Source of the DNA: an uncultured Gemmatimonadales bacterium
GTDB lineage: Bacteria; Gemmatimonadota; Gemmatimonadetes; Gemmatimonadales; GWC2-71-9
Length of the DNA: 64,000 bases
Assembly: GCA_963748815.1 (NCBI GenBank)
Contig: CAVVKJ010000010.1
Location: 288,001-352,000 of the forward strand
Reading direction: 5' to 3'
Of this stretch, positions 33,944-47,435 are shown one piece after another (the first letter of the stretch is position 1; each line of letters begins with the position of its first letter). Both the position numbers and the translations under genes were made by a program. A model generated the notes under the pieces. It was not told the DNA's origin, ran no database searches, and worked only from the letters and a program-made list of their open reading frames with translations.

Positions 33944-34848
33944 GCGCCACCGACCTCGCGCGCCGGTTCTGGCTCGAGGGATTCCGCGATTTCCTCGCGC
34001 TGGAGGCGGGGCACAGCCCGAACACCGTCGACAATTACCTGCGGGACCTCCGCCGCCTCGCGGAATTTGCCGACGCCCGCGGACTCGACGATCCCGCCGG
34101 CCTGACCCGGCCGATCCTCCGTGATTTCGTCTTCGCACTGAAGGACCTCGGCCTCAGCGCCGCGACGATCCGGCGCCACGTGTCCGCCGTGCGCACGTAT
34201 TTCGGGTTCCTGCTCGGCGAGGGCATCGTGCGCGAGGACCCGAGCGATCGGCTCGAAAGCCCGCGGCTCGGGCGCACACTGCCGGAAACGTTGTCGGTGC
34301 CGGAGATCGAGGCGCTGCTCGCGGCGCCCTCCATCGACGAGCCGCTCGGATGGCGGGATCGAGCGCTGCTGGAGCTGGGATATGGCGCGGGGTTGCGGGT
34401 CTCGGAGCTCTGCGGCCTCGGCCTCAACGACCTGGTGCTCTCCGAAGGACTGGTGCGCGTGCTGGGGAAGGGAAGCAAGGAGCGGCTGGTGCCCATCGGG
34501 CGGAGTGTGCTGGGGGCGCTGTCGGTCTACCTGCACACCCTCAGGCCGACGCTGGACCGGGGTGCGTCGAAGCAGCGCGTCTTCCTCAACAATCGCGGGA
34601 CGCCGTTGTCCCGGGTCGGGGCGTGGGGCATCGTGAAGCGCGCGGCCACGCGGGCCGGACTCACCAAGGCCGTCACCCCGCACACGCTGCGGCACTCGTT
34701 CGCGACCCACCTGCTGGAGGGCGGGGCCGACCTCCGCGCCGTGCAGGAAATGCTGGGACACGCCGATCTCTCCACCACCCAGATCTACACCCACGTGGAC
34801 CGGGAGTACCTGCGCTCCGTCCACCGGCAGTATCACCCCCGCGGCTAG
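33940..34848 (+). CDS. xerD: tyrosine recombinase XerD
   Basis: SPNTVDNYLRD, GLRVSEL, GKGSKERLVP, HTLRHSFATHLLEGGADLR, LGH, TTQIYTHV, YHPR end. Confidence 0.92.
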   Translation: MSATDLARRFWLEGFRDFLALEAGHSPNTVDNYLRDLRRLAEFADARGLDDPAGLTRPILRDFVFALKDLGLSAATIRRHVSAVRTYFGFLLGEGIVREDPSDRLESPRLGRTLPETLSVPEIEALLAAPSIDEPLGWRDRALLELGYGAGLRVSELCGLGLNDLVLSEGLVRVLGKGSKERLVPIGRSVLGALSVYLHTLRPTLDRGASKQRVFLNNRGTPLSRVGAWGIVKRAATRAGLTKAVTPHTLRHSFATHLLEGGADLRAVQEMLGHADLSTTQIYTHVDREYLRSVHRQYHPRG

Positions 34849-34849
34849 C

Positions 34850-36091
34850 TCAGCCCTTCCGGCGCTCCGGCACGAGCACGTTGGCGAGCAGCAGTCCCGC
34901 CACGAGCCCGGCGCCGATGAGGACCATCGTGAACGCCGTCTCCACCCCCGTCACCACCTCCCGGTCGAGGAGCGAGGAGAGGCTCCGGAAGCCGATCGAG
35001 CCTGGCACCAGGAGGAGAATGCCGGGGACGAGGGTGACCGACGCCGGGCGCCGCAGCAGGTAGGCGTAGAGGTTGCTCGCCACGCCCACCGTGAGGGCGC
35101 CGACGAACGCGCCGAGTTCGGCGCCGAAGGTGGCAGCGCCGAGTCGGCTGCCGGCGATGCCGAGTGCGCCGGCCAGGAGGATCCAGATGGCGTCGCGCGC
35201 GTGAGCGCGGAAAAGGACGGCAAAACCGAGTGGCGCGGCCACCAGCGCCAGCCACCAGGTCCAGTCCGGCAGCACCTCCGGCCGGACCCGGCTGGCATAC
35301 TCGCCGAGGGTCAACGTCACCGTCTGGCTCCCGATGGCCACGCCGAATCCGATCACCAGGAAGAGCATCAGGGCGCCGCTCAGCCGCGCCGTGCCGCTGG
35401 CGAGATGGCCCGACGAGAGTTCGGTCATCGCGGTCGTCAGGGTGAGTCCGGGAATCAGGACGATGAGGCCGGCCAGGGTGCCGACGTAGACGCTGTAGTG
35501 CGGCAGGACCGTCGCCGCCGCCGCGGCGATGTATGAGGCGCTGAATGCGGCGAGGAAGGGAAAGACGCGCCCGAATCCTGGGAGGCGTCCCGCGAGGATC
35601 AGCAGCACTCCGATCACCAGGCCGACAAGGCCCGCGACGAGCGCCTCGCGCAGGCCGCCGCCAAGGAACCGGGACGCGGCGGCCGAGCTGAAGCCGAAGG
35701 CGAGCATCGTCGTCACCGGCCCGTACCGGGGCGGCGCGGCATGCACCCGCTCCAGATCGGCGGAGCCCTGCGCCAGGGTGACGCGCCCCTCGACCACCTC
35801 GCGGATGATATCTTCGATGTCGGCACTCTTGCCGAGATCGACGTCGCCCGGCTCGACGCGGATGAGGTAGGTGTTCTGCCGCTCCAGGATGCCGAAGGAC
35901 GCCATGAACGACGTCGGGGTGGAGAAGAACTGGGCGGTGAGGCTCAGCCGGCGGGCGACCTCTCCGAGGGCGCCCTCGACCCGATGCGCCGGGTAGCCGT
36001 AGGCGTGCATCGCCCGCGCGAGCCGCAGGACAAATCCCACGGCATCCCGGTTTTCGGTGGGCAGTGGGTCGCGTTCGATCGAATCGGTCAT
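34850..36091 (-). CDS. ThrE-family threonine/serine exporter (two-domain)
   Basis: YGYPAHRVE, LIPGLTLTTAMTEL...SGTARL, LLVPGS; multi-TM. Confidence 0.87.
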   Translation of the reverse strand: MTDSIERDPLPTENRDAVGFVLRLARAMHAYGYPAHRVEGALGEVARRLSLTAQFFSTPTSFMASFGILERQNTYLIRVEPGDVDLGKSADIEDIIREVVEGRVTLAQGSADLERVHAAPPRYGPVTTMLAFGFSSAAASRFLGGGLREALVAGLVGLVIGVLLILAGRLPGFGRVFPFLAAFSASYIAAAAATVLPHYSVYVGTLAGLIVLIPGLTLTTAMTELSSGHLASGTARLSGALMLFLVIGFGVAIGSQTVTLTLGEYASRVRPEVLPDWTWWLALVAAPLGFAVLFRAHARDAIWILLAGALGIAGSRLGAATFGAELGAFVGALTVGVASNLYAYLLRRPASVTLVPGILLLVPGSIGFRSLSSLLDREVVTGVETAFTMVLIGAGLVAGLLLANVLVPERRKG

Positions 36092-36193
36092 GGCGGCCTG
36101 GCGTGTGTGAGCGTAAGTCTTGGCGGGGCAAACATATAACCGTGTGGGCGTCTCCACCAAGTGGGACGGTGACCCACGGGCTCCACCTCATTC

Positions 36194-36251
36194 TGAAACT
36201 TTGGCGGCGATTCTTTCGTCACTATCTGAAACGTTGCATTCCCGACGCGAC
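36194..36251 (+). promoter_or_regulatory. tandem ECF-sigma-like promoters (TGAAAC-N17-CGTC; TGAAAC-N15-CGAC)
   Basis: Direct repeat TCTGAAAC at 36192 and 36225, each followed by CGTC/CGAC. Confidence 0.45.
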
Positions 36252-36268
36252 TTATCCCGGGGGAGTCC

Positions 36269-36826
36269 ATGACTCGTTACTGGCTCAAGATCGTCCTCGG
36301 CGCCCTGCTGATTTTCGTCGTCGGCATGGCCGCCTGGATGGGTGTCCGCAAGAGTGTCAGTACCGTGCATACCCTCCTCGACACCGCCGATCCCATCACC
36401 ATCCCCATCAAGGTCGTCCACTTCCGGGTCGACGGCGCCACCCTGGGTCGCGTTGAGCGGCTCAAGCTGCTCCGGAGCGCTCCCAAGGCGATCGAGTCGA
36501 TCGAAGTGACGGTGCGCCTCGACAGCGCCGCGTCGGCGGACCGTCTCCGCGGGTGCTCGATGCGCATCGACGATGTCGAGCGCCTCGACGAGCAAAGCAC
36601 GTTCGTGTGCGTGACCGGCGACAGCATCTCGGTGGCGGGCCAGTTCGAGACGTTCGGGAGCGTCCTGGTCGAGGGCACCGATATCGTGCTCCCGCTCCTG
36701 CTGCCGGCCGCGGCGGTGCGCGATCTCCAGCGCCAGGGCTGGCAGGGCGCGGATTCGTTGGCACCGCCCGCTCCGCTCGATGTTCCGCCGGTCCCGTCGC
36801 CGAAGGCCACGGTCACCGTGCCCTGA
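36269..36826 (+). CDS. hypothetical membrane-anchored protein (weakly MCE-like)
   Basis: GGAG SD, N-terminal TM helix, FRVDGATLGRV...IEVTVRLD segment, Pro-rich tail. Confidence 0.7.
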   Translation: MTRYWLKIVLGALLIFVVGMAAWMGVRKSVSTVHTLLDTADPITIPIKVVHFRVDGATLGRVERLKLLRSAPKAIESIEVTVRLDSAASADRLRGCSMRIDDVERLDEQSTFVCVTGDSISVAGQFETFGSVLVEGTDIVLPLLLPAAAVRDLQRQGWQGADSLAPPAPLDVPPVPSPKATVTVP

Positions 36827-36926
36827 GGTTTCGCCCCTCCGTCTCCCGCGTTATACTCTCCTCAACGGCCCGCCCCTCACCGGGGCGGGCTCGCTTCGTC
36901 CTCCACCCTTCGACCGGGATTCCCGC

Positions 36927-38954
36927 ATGCTGCTGAACGCCGTCGTCCTTCTCGCCGCGCTCCAACAGGGCGCCCCGCAGCCGGCCGCTGCCGCCGCGCA
37001 GGCGCCCTCTCCCATCGCCAGGCTCGAGGTTCTGCCCGGCACCTCGCTGCAGATGCCGGCCGGCGATTCGATCCAGCTCTCCGCGAAGGCGTTCGACAAG
37101 GACGGGGCGGCGGTGCCGGACGTGTCGATCCGGTACTTCGGCGCGGGCGGCCGGTTCGAGGGCACGGTGGACTCCACCGGCATGGTCCGTTCCGGTGCTA
37201 CGGGGACGCTCGCGGTCTCGGTCGTGGCCCGCGCGGCCGGCACCAAGCCGGTGATCGAGCGTGTCGAGGTCCAGATGGTCCCGGGCCCGGCCGCCAGCGT
37301 GACGGTCGCGCCGATGGTGACGAAGCTCGTGGCAGGGCAGCGCCTCCGCCTGACAGCCACCAGCTATTCCAAGGCCGGTGATACGCGTGACGACAAGATC
37401 GCCTGGAAGAGTTCGGCGCCAGGCGTCGCGAAGGTGTCGGAGGACGGCGTGGTGAGTGGGGTGGCGCCTGGGCGGGCCACGATCACCGCCGGCGCCGGTG
37501 CGGCGATGGCGTCGATGCCGGTGCAGGTCGTTGCCAACACGATTGCACGGGTGGAGCTGTCGCCGTCGCGCTCCGAGGTGCGCACCGGCGACGTGGTGCA
37601 GTTCACGGTCAAGGTCCGCGACGCGGGCGGGAAGGAAATCACGGGCCTGGTGCCCTCGTGGACCTTCGCGCCGGGCGGCGGCGAAGTGACGCCCTCGGGG
37701 CAGTTCGTCGGGTACGTGGCAGGCGACTATTTCGTGACCGTGAACTACGGCGTCGCGAGCGCGGAGGCAGCGGTCACGTTGCGGCCGCGTGACGTCCGCC
37801 GTCCCGCCGAGGTGGTCGGCCGGCTGCCGCGCACCCGCTTCACCACGGAGGAGGTGTGGGTCATGCCCGACGGAAAGCACGCCTTCCTCGGCAGCGGTTC
37901 CGGCGGCGATGTGCTGTACGCCATCGACATCAGCAATCCGGCGGCGCCGACCGTGACCGACTCGCTTGTGCTCAACACCCGGCGGGTGAACGACGTGATG
38001 TCCACGCCCGACGGGAAGTTCATCGTGATGACGCGTGAGGGGGCGGCGGACCGGAAGAACGGCATCGTCATCGCGTCCACCGATGACCCGGCGCATCCGA
38101 AGGTGATCGCGGAGTTCACCGACGGCGTCACCTCCGGCGTGCACTCGGCGTTCGTCTACAAGCAGGACAAGTACGGCACCAACGTCTTCCTGACGAACGA
38201 CGGCACCGGCGCCATGCACGTCATCAACATCGACGATCCCTACCATCCGAAGGAAATCGCGCAGTGGCGCACCGAGCGCCCCGACGCGGGCCGCACCCTG
38301 CACGACATCGACGTGCAGGACGGGCTGGCCTACCTGAGCTACTGGAACGACGGGCTGGTGGTGCTGGACGTCGGCAACGGAATGAAGGGTGGCACGCCGA
38401 GCAACCCGGTGCTGGTCACGCAGTACAAGTACGATCTCAACGCGCTCTATGCCGACGTGGAAGCGGTGGGCGGCCCCGGCTTCATCCGCGGGACGCACAC
38501 GGCGTGGCGGCACAAGAACTACGTCTTCATCGCCGACGAGGTGTTCCCGGCGTCGGGGGTCAAGGGCGCGAAGGACGCGTCGGCGTTCCGCGCGTACGGG
38601 CGGCTGCAGGTGCTCGACGTGAGCGATCTGGCCCGGCCGAAGTCGGTGGCGTGGTACGAGCCGGAGTTCGGCGGCGTGCACAACATCTGGGTCGCGGGGG
38701 ACACGCTGTACATGGGCGCGTACAACGGCGGCTTCCGCGCGTTCGACGTGTCGGGCGAGCTGCTGGGCGACCTGCGCGCGCAGGGCCGGGAAATGGTGCA
38801 CGTGAACACGGCGGACCTGGACGGCCAGACGAAGAACATGGCGATGACATGGGGGGTGGTGGTGAAGGATGGCCTCGCGTACGTCAACGACATGCTGAAC
38901 GGGCTGTGGATCATCCGCATCCAGCCGAAGAAGGGCGAGCCCGCGACACCGTGA
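36927..38954 (+). CDS. secreted protein with tandem Ig-like (Big_2) domains and an LVIVD-repeat beta-propeller
   Basis: Signal peptide; WKSSAPGVAKVSEDGVVSGVAPGRATITA; LYAIDISNP, LVVLDVGN, LQVLDVSD. Confidence 0.85.
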   Translation: MLLNAVVLLAALQQGAPQPAAAAAQAPSPIARLEVLPGTSLQMPAGDSIQLSAKAFDKDGAAVPDVSIRYFGAGGRFEGTVDSTGMVRSGATGTLAVSVVARAAGTKPVIERVEVQMVPGPAASVTVAPMVTKLVAGQRLRLTATSYSKAGDTRDDKIAWKSSAPGVAKVSEDGVVSGVAPGRATITAGAGAAMASMPVQVVANTIARVELSPSRSEVRTGDVVQFTVKVRDAGGKEITGLVPSWTFAPGGGEVTPSGQFVGYVAGDYFVTVNYGVASAEAAVTLRPRDVRRPAEVVGRLPRTRFTTEEVWVMPDGKHAFLGSGSGGDVLYAIDISNPAAPTVTDSLVLNTRRVNDVMSTPDGKFIVMTREGAADRKNGIVIASTDDPAHPKVIAEFTDGVTSGVHSAFVYKQDKYGTNVFLTNDGTGAMHVINIDDPYHPKEIAQWRTERPDAGRTLHDIDVQDGLAYLSYWNDGLVVLDVGNGMKGGTPSNPVLVTQYKYDLNALYADVEAVGGPGFIRGTHTAWRHKNYVFIADEVFPASGVKGAKDASAFRAYGRLQVLDVSDLARPKSVAWYEPEFGGVHNIWVAGDTLYMGAYNGGFRAFDVSGELLGDLRAQGREMVHVNTADLDGQTKNMAMTWGVVVKDGLAYVNDMLNGLWIIRIQPKKGEPATP

Positions 38955-39093
38955 TCCGGCGGGGGCGCGGGGCAGTCGGGGCGCGGCGTGCCGCGCCCTT
39001 GCTGTTTGGGGCACCGTGGCGGCGGACTGATGGAGACCAGGGCGCTCGGGCGCCCGGGGAGAAGAGGCCCCGAACCTGGGCCGCGCTCCCCCC

Positions 39094-39240
39094 TTGCGTG
39101 GTGTCTGGGAGCCGCTTAGGTTTGCGCTCCCTCCGAGGTCGGGTAAGGTGTTGGGGGCAGGGTGGTTTGGGTGGCTCAGGCAGGTGGTATTCACCGCTGG
39201 TTGCGCCCCACTTGACTCCCCGCCAGACACCGACTAAGAT
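39094..39240 (+). promoter_or_regulatory. tandem rRNA promoters P1 (TTGCGT-17-TAGGTT) and P2 (TTGACT-17-TAAGAT)
   Basis: P1 39094-39122, P2 39212-39240. Confidence 0.65.
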
Positions 39241-39281
39241 TGGGGGCTCGCCAGTAAATGGTGAGACGAACGTGATACGAA

Positions 39282-39293
39282 TGCTCTTTGACA
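39282..39293 (+). promoter_or_regulatory. rrn leader boxA antitermination site
   Basis: TGCTCTTTGACA; identical copy in the ITS. Confidence 0.8.
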
Positions 39294-39435
39294 AATGATG
39301 TGAACCAGAGGTGATCGGAGTGCGGACCCTATGATCCGGACGGCACAGAGGTCGGCCGGGGATGGGTACAAATACTCTGACCATTGATTCGGACGACAAG
39401 AACACAGTCGTTCGGCATGAGTCGATCTAAATTCT

Positions 39436-40960
<1,525 letters not shown>

Positions 40961-41055
40961 GGAGCATCGAGTAGGCACGGCCCGTCGGGTGCCGTTCGAA
41001 AGATCTCAAGAATCGCCCGCACTGTCGGCCCTCTGGTCTCATGTCATTTGTCTTC

Positions 41056-41067
41056 TGCTCTTTGACA
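41056..41067 (+). promoter_or_regulatory. ITS boxA
   Basis: TGCTCTTTGACA. Confidence 0.8.
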
Positions 41068-41171
41068 ATTGAGATGATGGATGTGCGTGTCCATGGCCGC
41101 AAGGCGTGGACAGGGTGTGAGGAATCAACACCGAATTATTTGCATGAATTTGTGCATACAAAACGAATTGA

Positions 41172-44131
<2,960 letters not shown>

Positions 44132-44216
44132 TCTCCAAGTTGTTTCCCGCATGACAAACACATCCATCACTCAATTGCCAAGTTGCTGGCTCCCGGCACG
44201 CCGGGAGCCCTCAGAT

Positions 44217-44336
44217 TGGCTGACGACTAGCGCGCAGGGGCCACACCCGTTCCCATTCCGAACACGGCAGTTAAGCCCTGTAGCGTCGATGGTACTTGGC
44301 TCGAGAGGGCCTGGGAGAGTAGACCGTCGCCAGCCA
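44217..44336 (+). rRNA. rrf: 5S ribosomal RNA
   Basis: CCCATTCCGAACAC, GATGGTACT, GGGAGAGTAG; complementary termini. Confidence 0.97.
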
Positions 44337-44343
44337 TCCCTTT

Positions 44344-44383
44344 CACAGCGCCCGGGCTCCTTGGAGTCCGGGCGTTGTGCGTT
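44344..44383 (+). terminator. rrn terminator hairpin
   Basis: CACAGCGCCCGGGCTCC-TT-GGAGTCCGGGCGTTGTG directly after 5S. Confidence 0.75.
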
Positions 44384-44451
44384 CCAGGCTCTCCGGCCCC
44401 GCAGCCCCGCTGCCGCCCGGCCCCGCTGACGAAAGGCACTACCTTTCCCCC

Positions 44452-45321
44452 ATGCCCAAGACCGGCCACATCGCCCTTGCCGGCGTCCCCAACGTCGGAA
44501 AGTCCTCCCTCCTGAACACCCTGGTGGGGCAGCATCTCGCCATCGTCTCCCCCAAGCCCCAGGCCACCCGCCTGCCCACCGTCGGGCTCCGGACCGAGGG
44601 CGACACCCAGTTCGTCTTCCATGACCTCCCCGGACTCCTCGAGCCCCGCTACATGATGCAGGCCCGCATGCGGCAGGCGGCTCTCGACCAGCTGGCCCGG
44701 TGTCACGCCATCCTCCACCTGCATCCGGCGCCCGCCGGCCCCGCGCCGGCCTTCGCCTCCCTCGCCGGCCTCGAGGCGCCGCCGAGCGCGCCGGTGTTGA
44801 CCGTCTACACCAAGGCCGACCTCGTTCCTCCCGCGGCCCGAACGGCGCTTGGCGCCGACGCCCTCCTGGTCTCTGCCGAGACGGGGGAGGGGATCCCCGG
44901 GCTCCTGAAGCGCATCGAGGCCATGCTGCCCGAGGGCGAGTTCGAGTTCGACGCCGACGACGTCGGCACCCAGCCGCTGCGGTTCTTCGTGGTGGAGTAT
45001 CTCCGCGAGGCGGCCTTCGAGCTGCTGGAGGACGAGCTCCCCTATGCCTTCACCGCCGAGGTCGAGGAGTTTCGCGAGAACTCCTCGCCGGTGTACATTC
45101 GAGTGACGCTGCTGGTGGAGCGTGAGAGCCAAAAAGGCATGATCATCGGGCAGGGGGGTCGCACCATCAAGGCGATCGGCTCGCACGCGCGCGCCCGGCT
45201 CGAGGCGCTGCTCGGCGGGCCCGTCTACCTCGATTGCTGGGTCAAGGTACTGCCCAACTGGCGGCGGAACGCCGTCTCGCTCTCCCGGCTCGGATTTCCC
45301 GACGACCCCGCGCCGTCGTAA
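44452..45321 (+). CDS. era: GTPase Era
   Basis: GVPNVGKS, IVSPKPQATR, ELPYA, SQKGMIIGQGG (KH domain), VYLDCWVKV. Confidence 0.94.
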   Translation: MPKTGHIALAGVPNVGKSSLLNTLVGQHLAIVSPKPQATRLPTVGLRTEGDTQFVFHDLPGLLEPRYMMQARMRQAALDQLARCHAILHLHPAPAGPAPAFASLAGLEAPPSAPVLTVYTKADLVPPAARTALGADALLVSAETGEGIPGLLKRIEAMLPEGEFEFDADDVGTQPLRFFVVEYLREAAFELLEDELPYAFTAEVEEFRENSSPVYIRVTLLVERESQKGMIIGQGGRTIKAIGSHARARLEALLGGPVYLDCWVKVLPNWRRNAVSLSRLGFPDDPAPS

Positions 45322-45348
45322 ACCGGTCACCCTGCAACCCCACTTGCC

Positions 45349-45519
45349 ATGACCCTCGCGCCCGAACTGCTCGAAATCCTGGTCTGTCCGAAGTGCAAGG
45401 GCGACCTCGAATACCGCACGGAACCCGCCGAGGCGCTGGTCTGCCACGCCTGCGCGCTCGTCTACGCCGTCGAGGACGGGATCCCCGTGATGCTCGTCGA
45501 CGAGGCGAAACCACTGTGA
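45349..45519 (+). CDS. Trm112-family (YcaR-like) protein, 56 aa
   Basis: Read by hand: [18 protein letters not shown]...CHAC...[15 protein letters not shown]. Confidence 0.92.
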   Translation: MTLAPELLEILVCPKCKGDLEYRTEPAEALVCHACALVYAVEDGIPVMLVDEAKPL

Positions 45520-45535
45520 CTTCGTTTCGGGCCGC

Positions 45536-47378
45536 ATGACCGAACCCGCATCCACCGAGGGCGCCGGCCGCATTCTCGCCACCGCCCGCGAAGAGGCCGA
45601 GCGCCTTGGACACGCCCAGATCGGCACCGAGCACCTCTTGCTCGCGCTGCTGCGCGAACGGGAGAGCCTTCCCCCGGACGCCGCGGCCCAGTTGCCGAAG
45701 GACGTGGAAAACGCCGGCAAGCGGTTGATGAGCGCCGGCAAGCGGGGCACGCCGCCGGAAGAGGGGCTCGCGCTTTCCAGCCGCGCACGCCGCATCATGG
45801 ACGAGGCCGCCGCCGAGGCGGGGCGCCAGGGGGGCTCGACGATCACCCCCGAGCACCTCCTCATCGCGCTGCAGGGCGAGAATAAGGGCATCGCCGCCGC
45901 CATTCTGCGCGAAGCCAGCGGCAAGAAGAAGGGAGAGCGAGGGGGCCGCCCGCAGGGCGACACCCCTGCCGACCCCGATCGGTCCGGTCAGCGTGAGCGG
46001 CAGCGCGACCGCCAGCGGCAGGAGGCGGGGGAGGAGCCGGCCGAATCCCCGACCGAGGCAGCCGTCACCCCCGCGAGCCCACCCGAGCGCCCAGCACGCG
46101 CCGAGCGACCCGAACGCCCCGAACGGGGCGAGCGCGGCCGCGGTCGGGACCGGGAGAAGCGCGGGCCGGCGGCGCCCGAGAAGGGCCGGGAGCGCCGGGA
46201 CCGCAAGCCAGACGGGAAGGCGCCCTCCGCGCCGACACCGCCGCCCCATCGCGGCGCCGCCTCGGAACCAGCGGCACCGGAGGCGCCACCGCTCCCGCGG
46301 CGCGTCGCGCCGGTGGTCGGCGACCCCTTCCGGCTCAAGCTGCGGCACCTCCTCCTCCCCGCCGTTCCAGCCGCCATCTGGCTGGCGCGCCAGGGCGCCG
46401 ACCCGTACCTCGTTTTCGCGGTGGCCTGCCTGGCGGTCCTCCCGCTCGCCCAGTATCTCGGCGAAGCGACGGAGCATCTCGGGGAACGGACCGGGCCGAC
46501 GATCGGCGGGTTCCTGAACGCGACCTTCGGCAACGCCGCCGAACTGATCATCGCCATCTTCGCGCTGCAGGCCGGGCTCATCGAGCTGGTCAAGGCGTCG
46601 ATCATCGGCAGCATCCTCGGCAACCTGCTGCTCATTCTTGGACTGTCGCTGATGGCCGCGGGGATGAACAAGCCGCTGTTCGCATTCAATCGCACCGCCG
46701 CCGGCATGGCGCGGCGCCATGCTGGCCCTGGCGGTGGCGGCGCTGGTCTTCCCGGCGCTCTTCCACGCGACGCATCCGGAGGCGTCGCTGCTCGTGGAGC
46801 TGCACCTCTCCGAAGCGGTGGCGATCGTGCTCGGGGCGGTCTACCTCCTGTCGCTGCTCTTCTCCCTCCGGACCCACCGCCGTCTGCTCGGGGGCGATCC
46901 ACACCCCACGGTGCACCCGGTCTGGGGGGTGCCCAGGGCGCTCGGCGTGCTGACCCTGTCCACCGTCGGCATCGCCGTCGTGTCGGAAATCCTGGTCCAT
47001 GCCATCGGCCCGATGACCGAGGGGGGCATCTTTTCCCAGGCGTTTCTCGGCCTGATCATCATCCCGGTCATCGGCAACGCGGCCGAGCATGCATCGGCGG
47101 TAGTGGTGGCCCGGAAGGGAAAGGTCGACCTCGCGATCCAGATCGCGATGGGCTCGAGCACCCAGGTGGCGCTCTTCGTGGCGCCGGCCCTGATCGCCAT
47201 CGGTGTTCTTGTCGGAGCGGACATGAACCTGGTGTTCACGCCCTTCCAGGTCCTGGCACTCGCTCTGGCGACCGGTGTCAGCGCCCTCATCACGCTGGAC
47301 GGCGAATCGCACTGGTTCGAGGGGGTGCAGTTGCTGGCCCTCTACGTCTTGGTCGGCATTGCGGCGTATTTCATTTGA
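45536..47378 (+). CDS. Clp N-terminal (Clp-R) domain + charged linker + Ca2+/H+ antiporter (CAX) fusion, ~613 aa (apparent +1 error at ~46712)
   Basis: AREEAERLGHAQIGTEHLLLALL and SSRARRIM...PEHLLIAL Clp repeats are in frame with NATFGNAAE, GSILGNLLL; after the shift come GNAAEH, GSSTQVALF, DGESHWFEG. Confidence 0.85.
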
Positions 47379-47415
47379 CTTCGCCGGGGCACGCTCCTAA
47401 GTTAGTTGTGGATAA
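47375..47415 (+). promoter_or_regulatory. sigma70 promoter (TTGACT-17-TAAGTT) with consensus DnaA box TGTGGATAA at 47407-47415
   Basis: -35 at 47375-47380, -10 at 47398-47403; minus strand reads TTATCCACA. Confidence 0.6.
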
Positions 47416-47435
47416 ACTCTTACGGGGTGCCTTGG

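Noticed and set aside
33940..34848. Tyrosine recombinase as a prophage or island integrase
   Set aside because: XerD size and signatures, embedded in a housekeeping operon, with no att repeats, tRNA or cargo.
45960..46300. Short repeats (GAGCGCCC-like) as a DNA repeat array or CRISPR
   Set aside because: Degenerate at wobble positions, consistent with protein-level ERP/RG low complexity; no spacers or cas genes.
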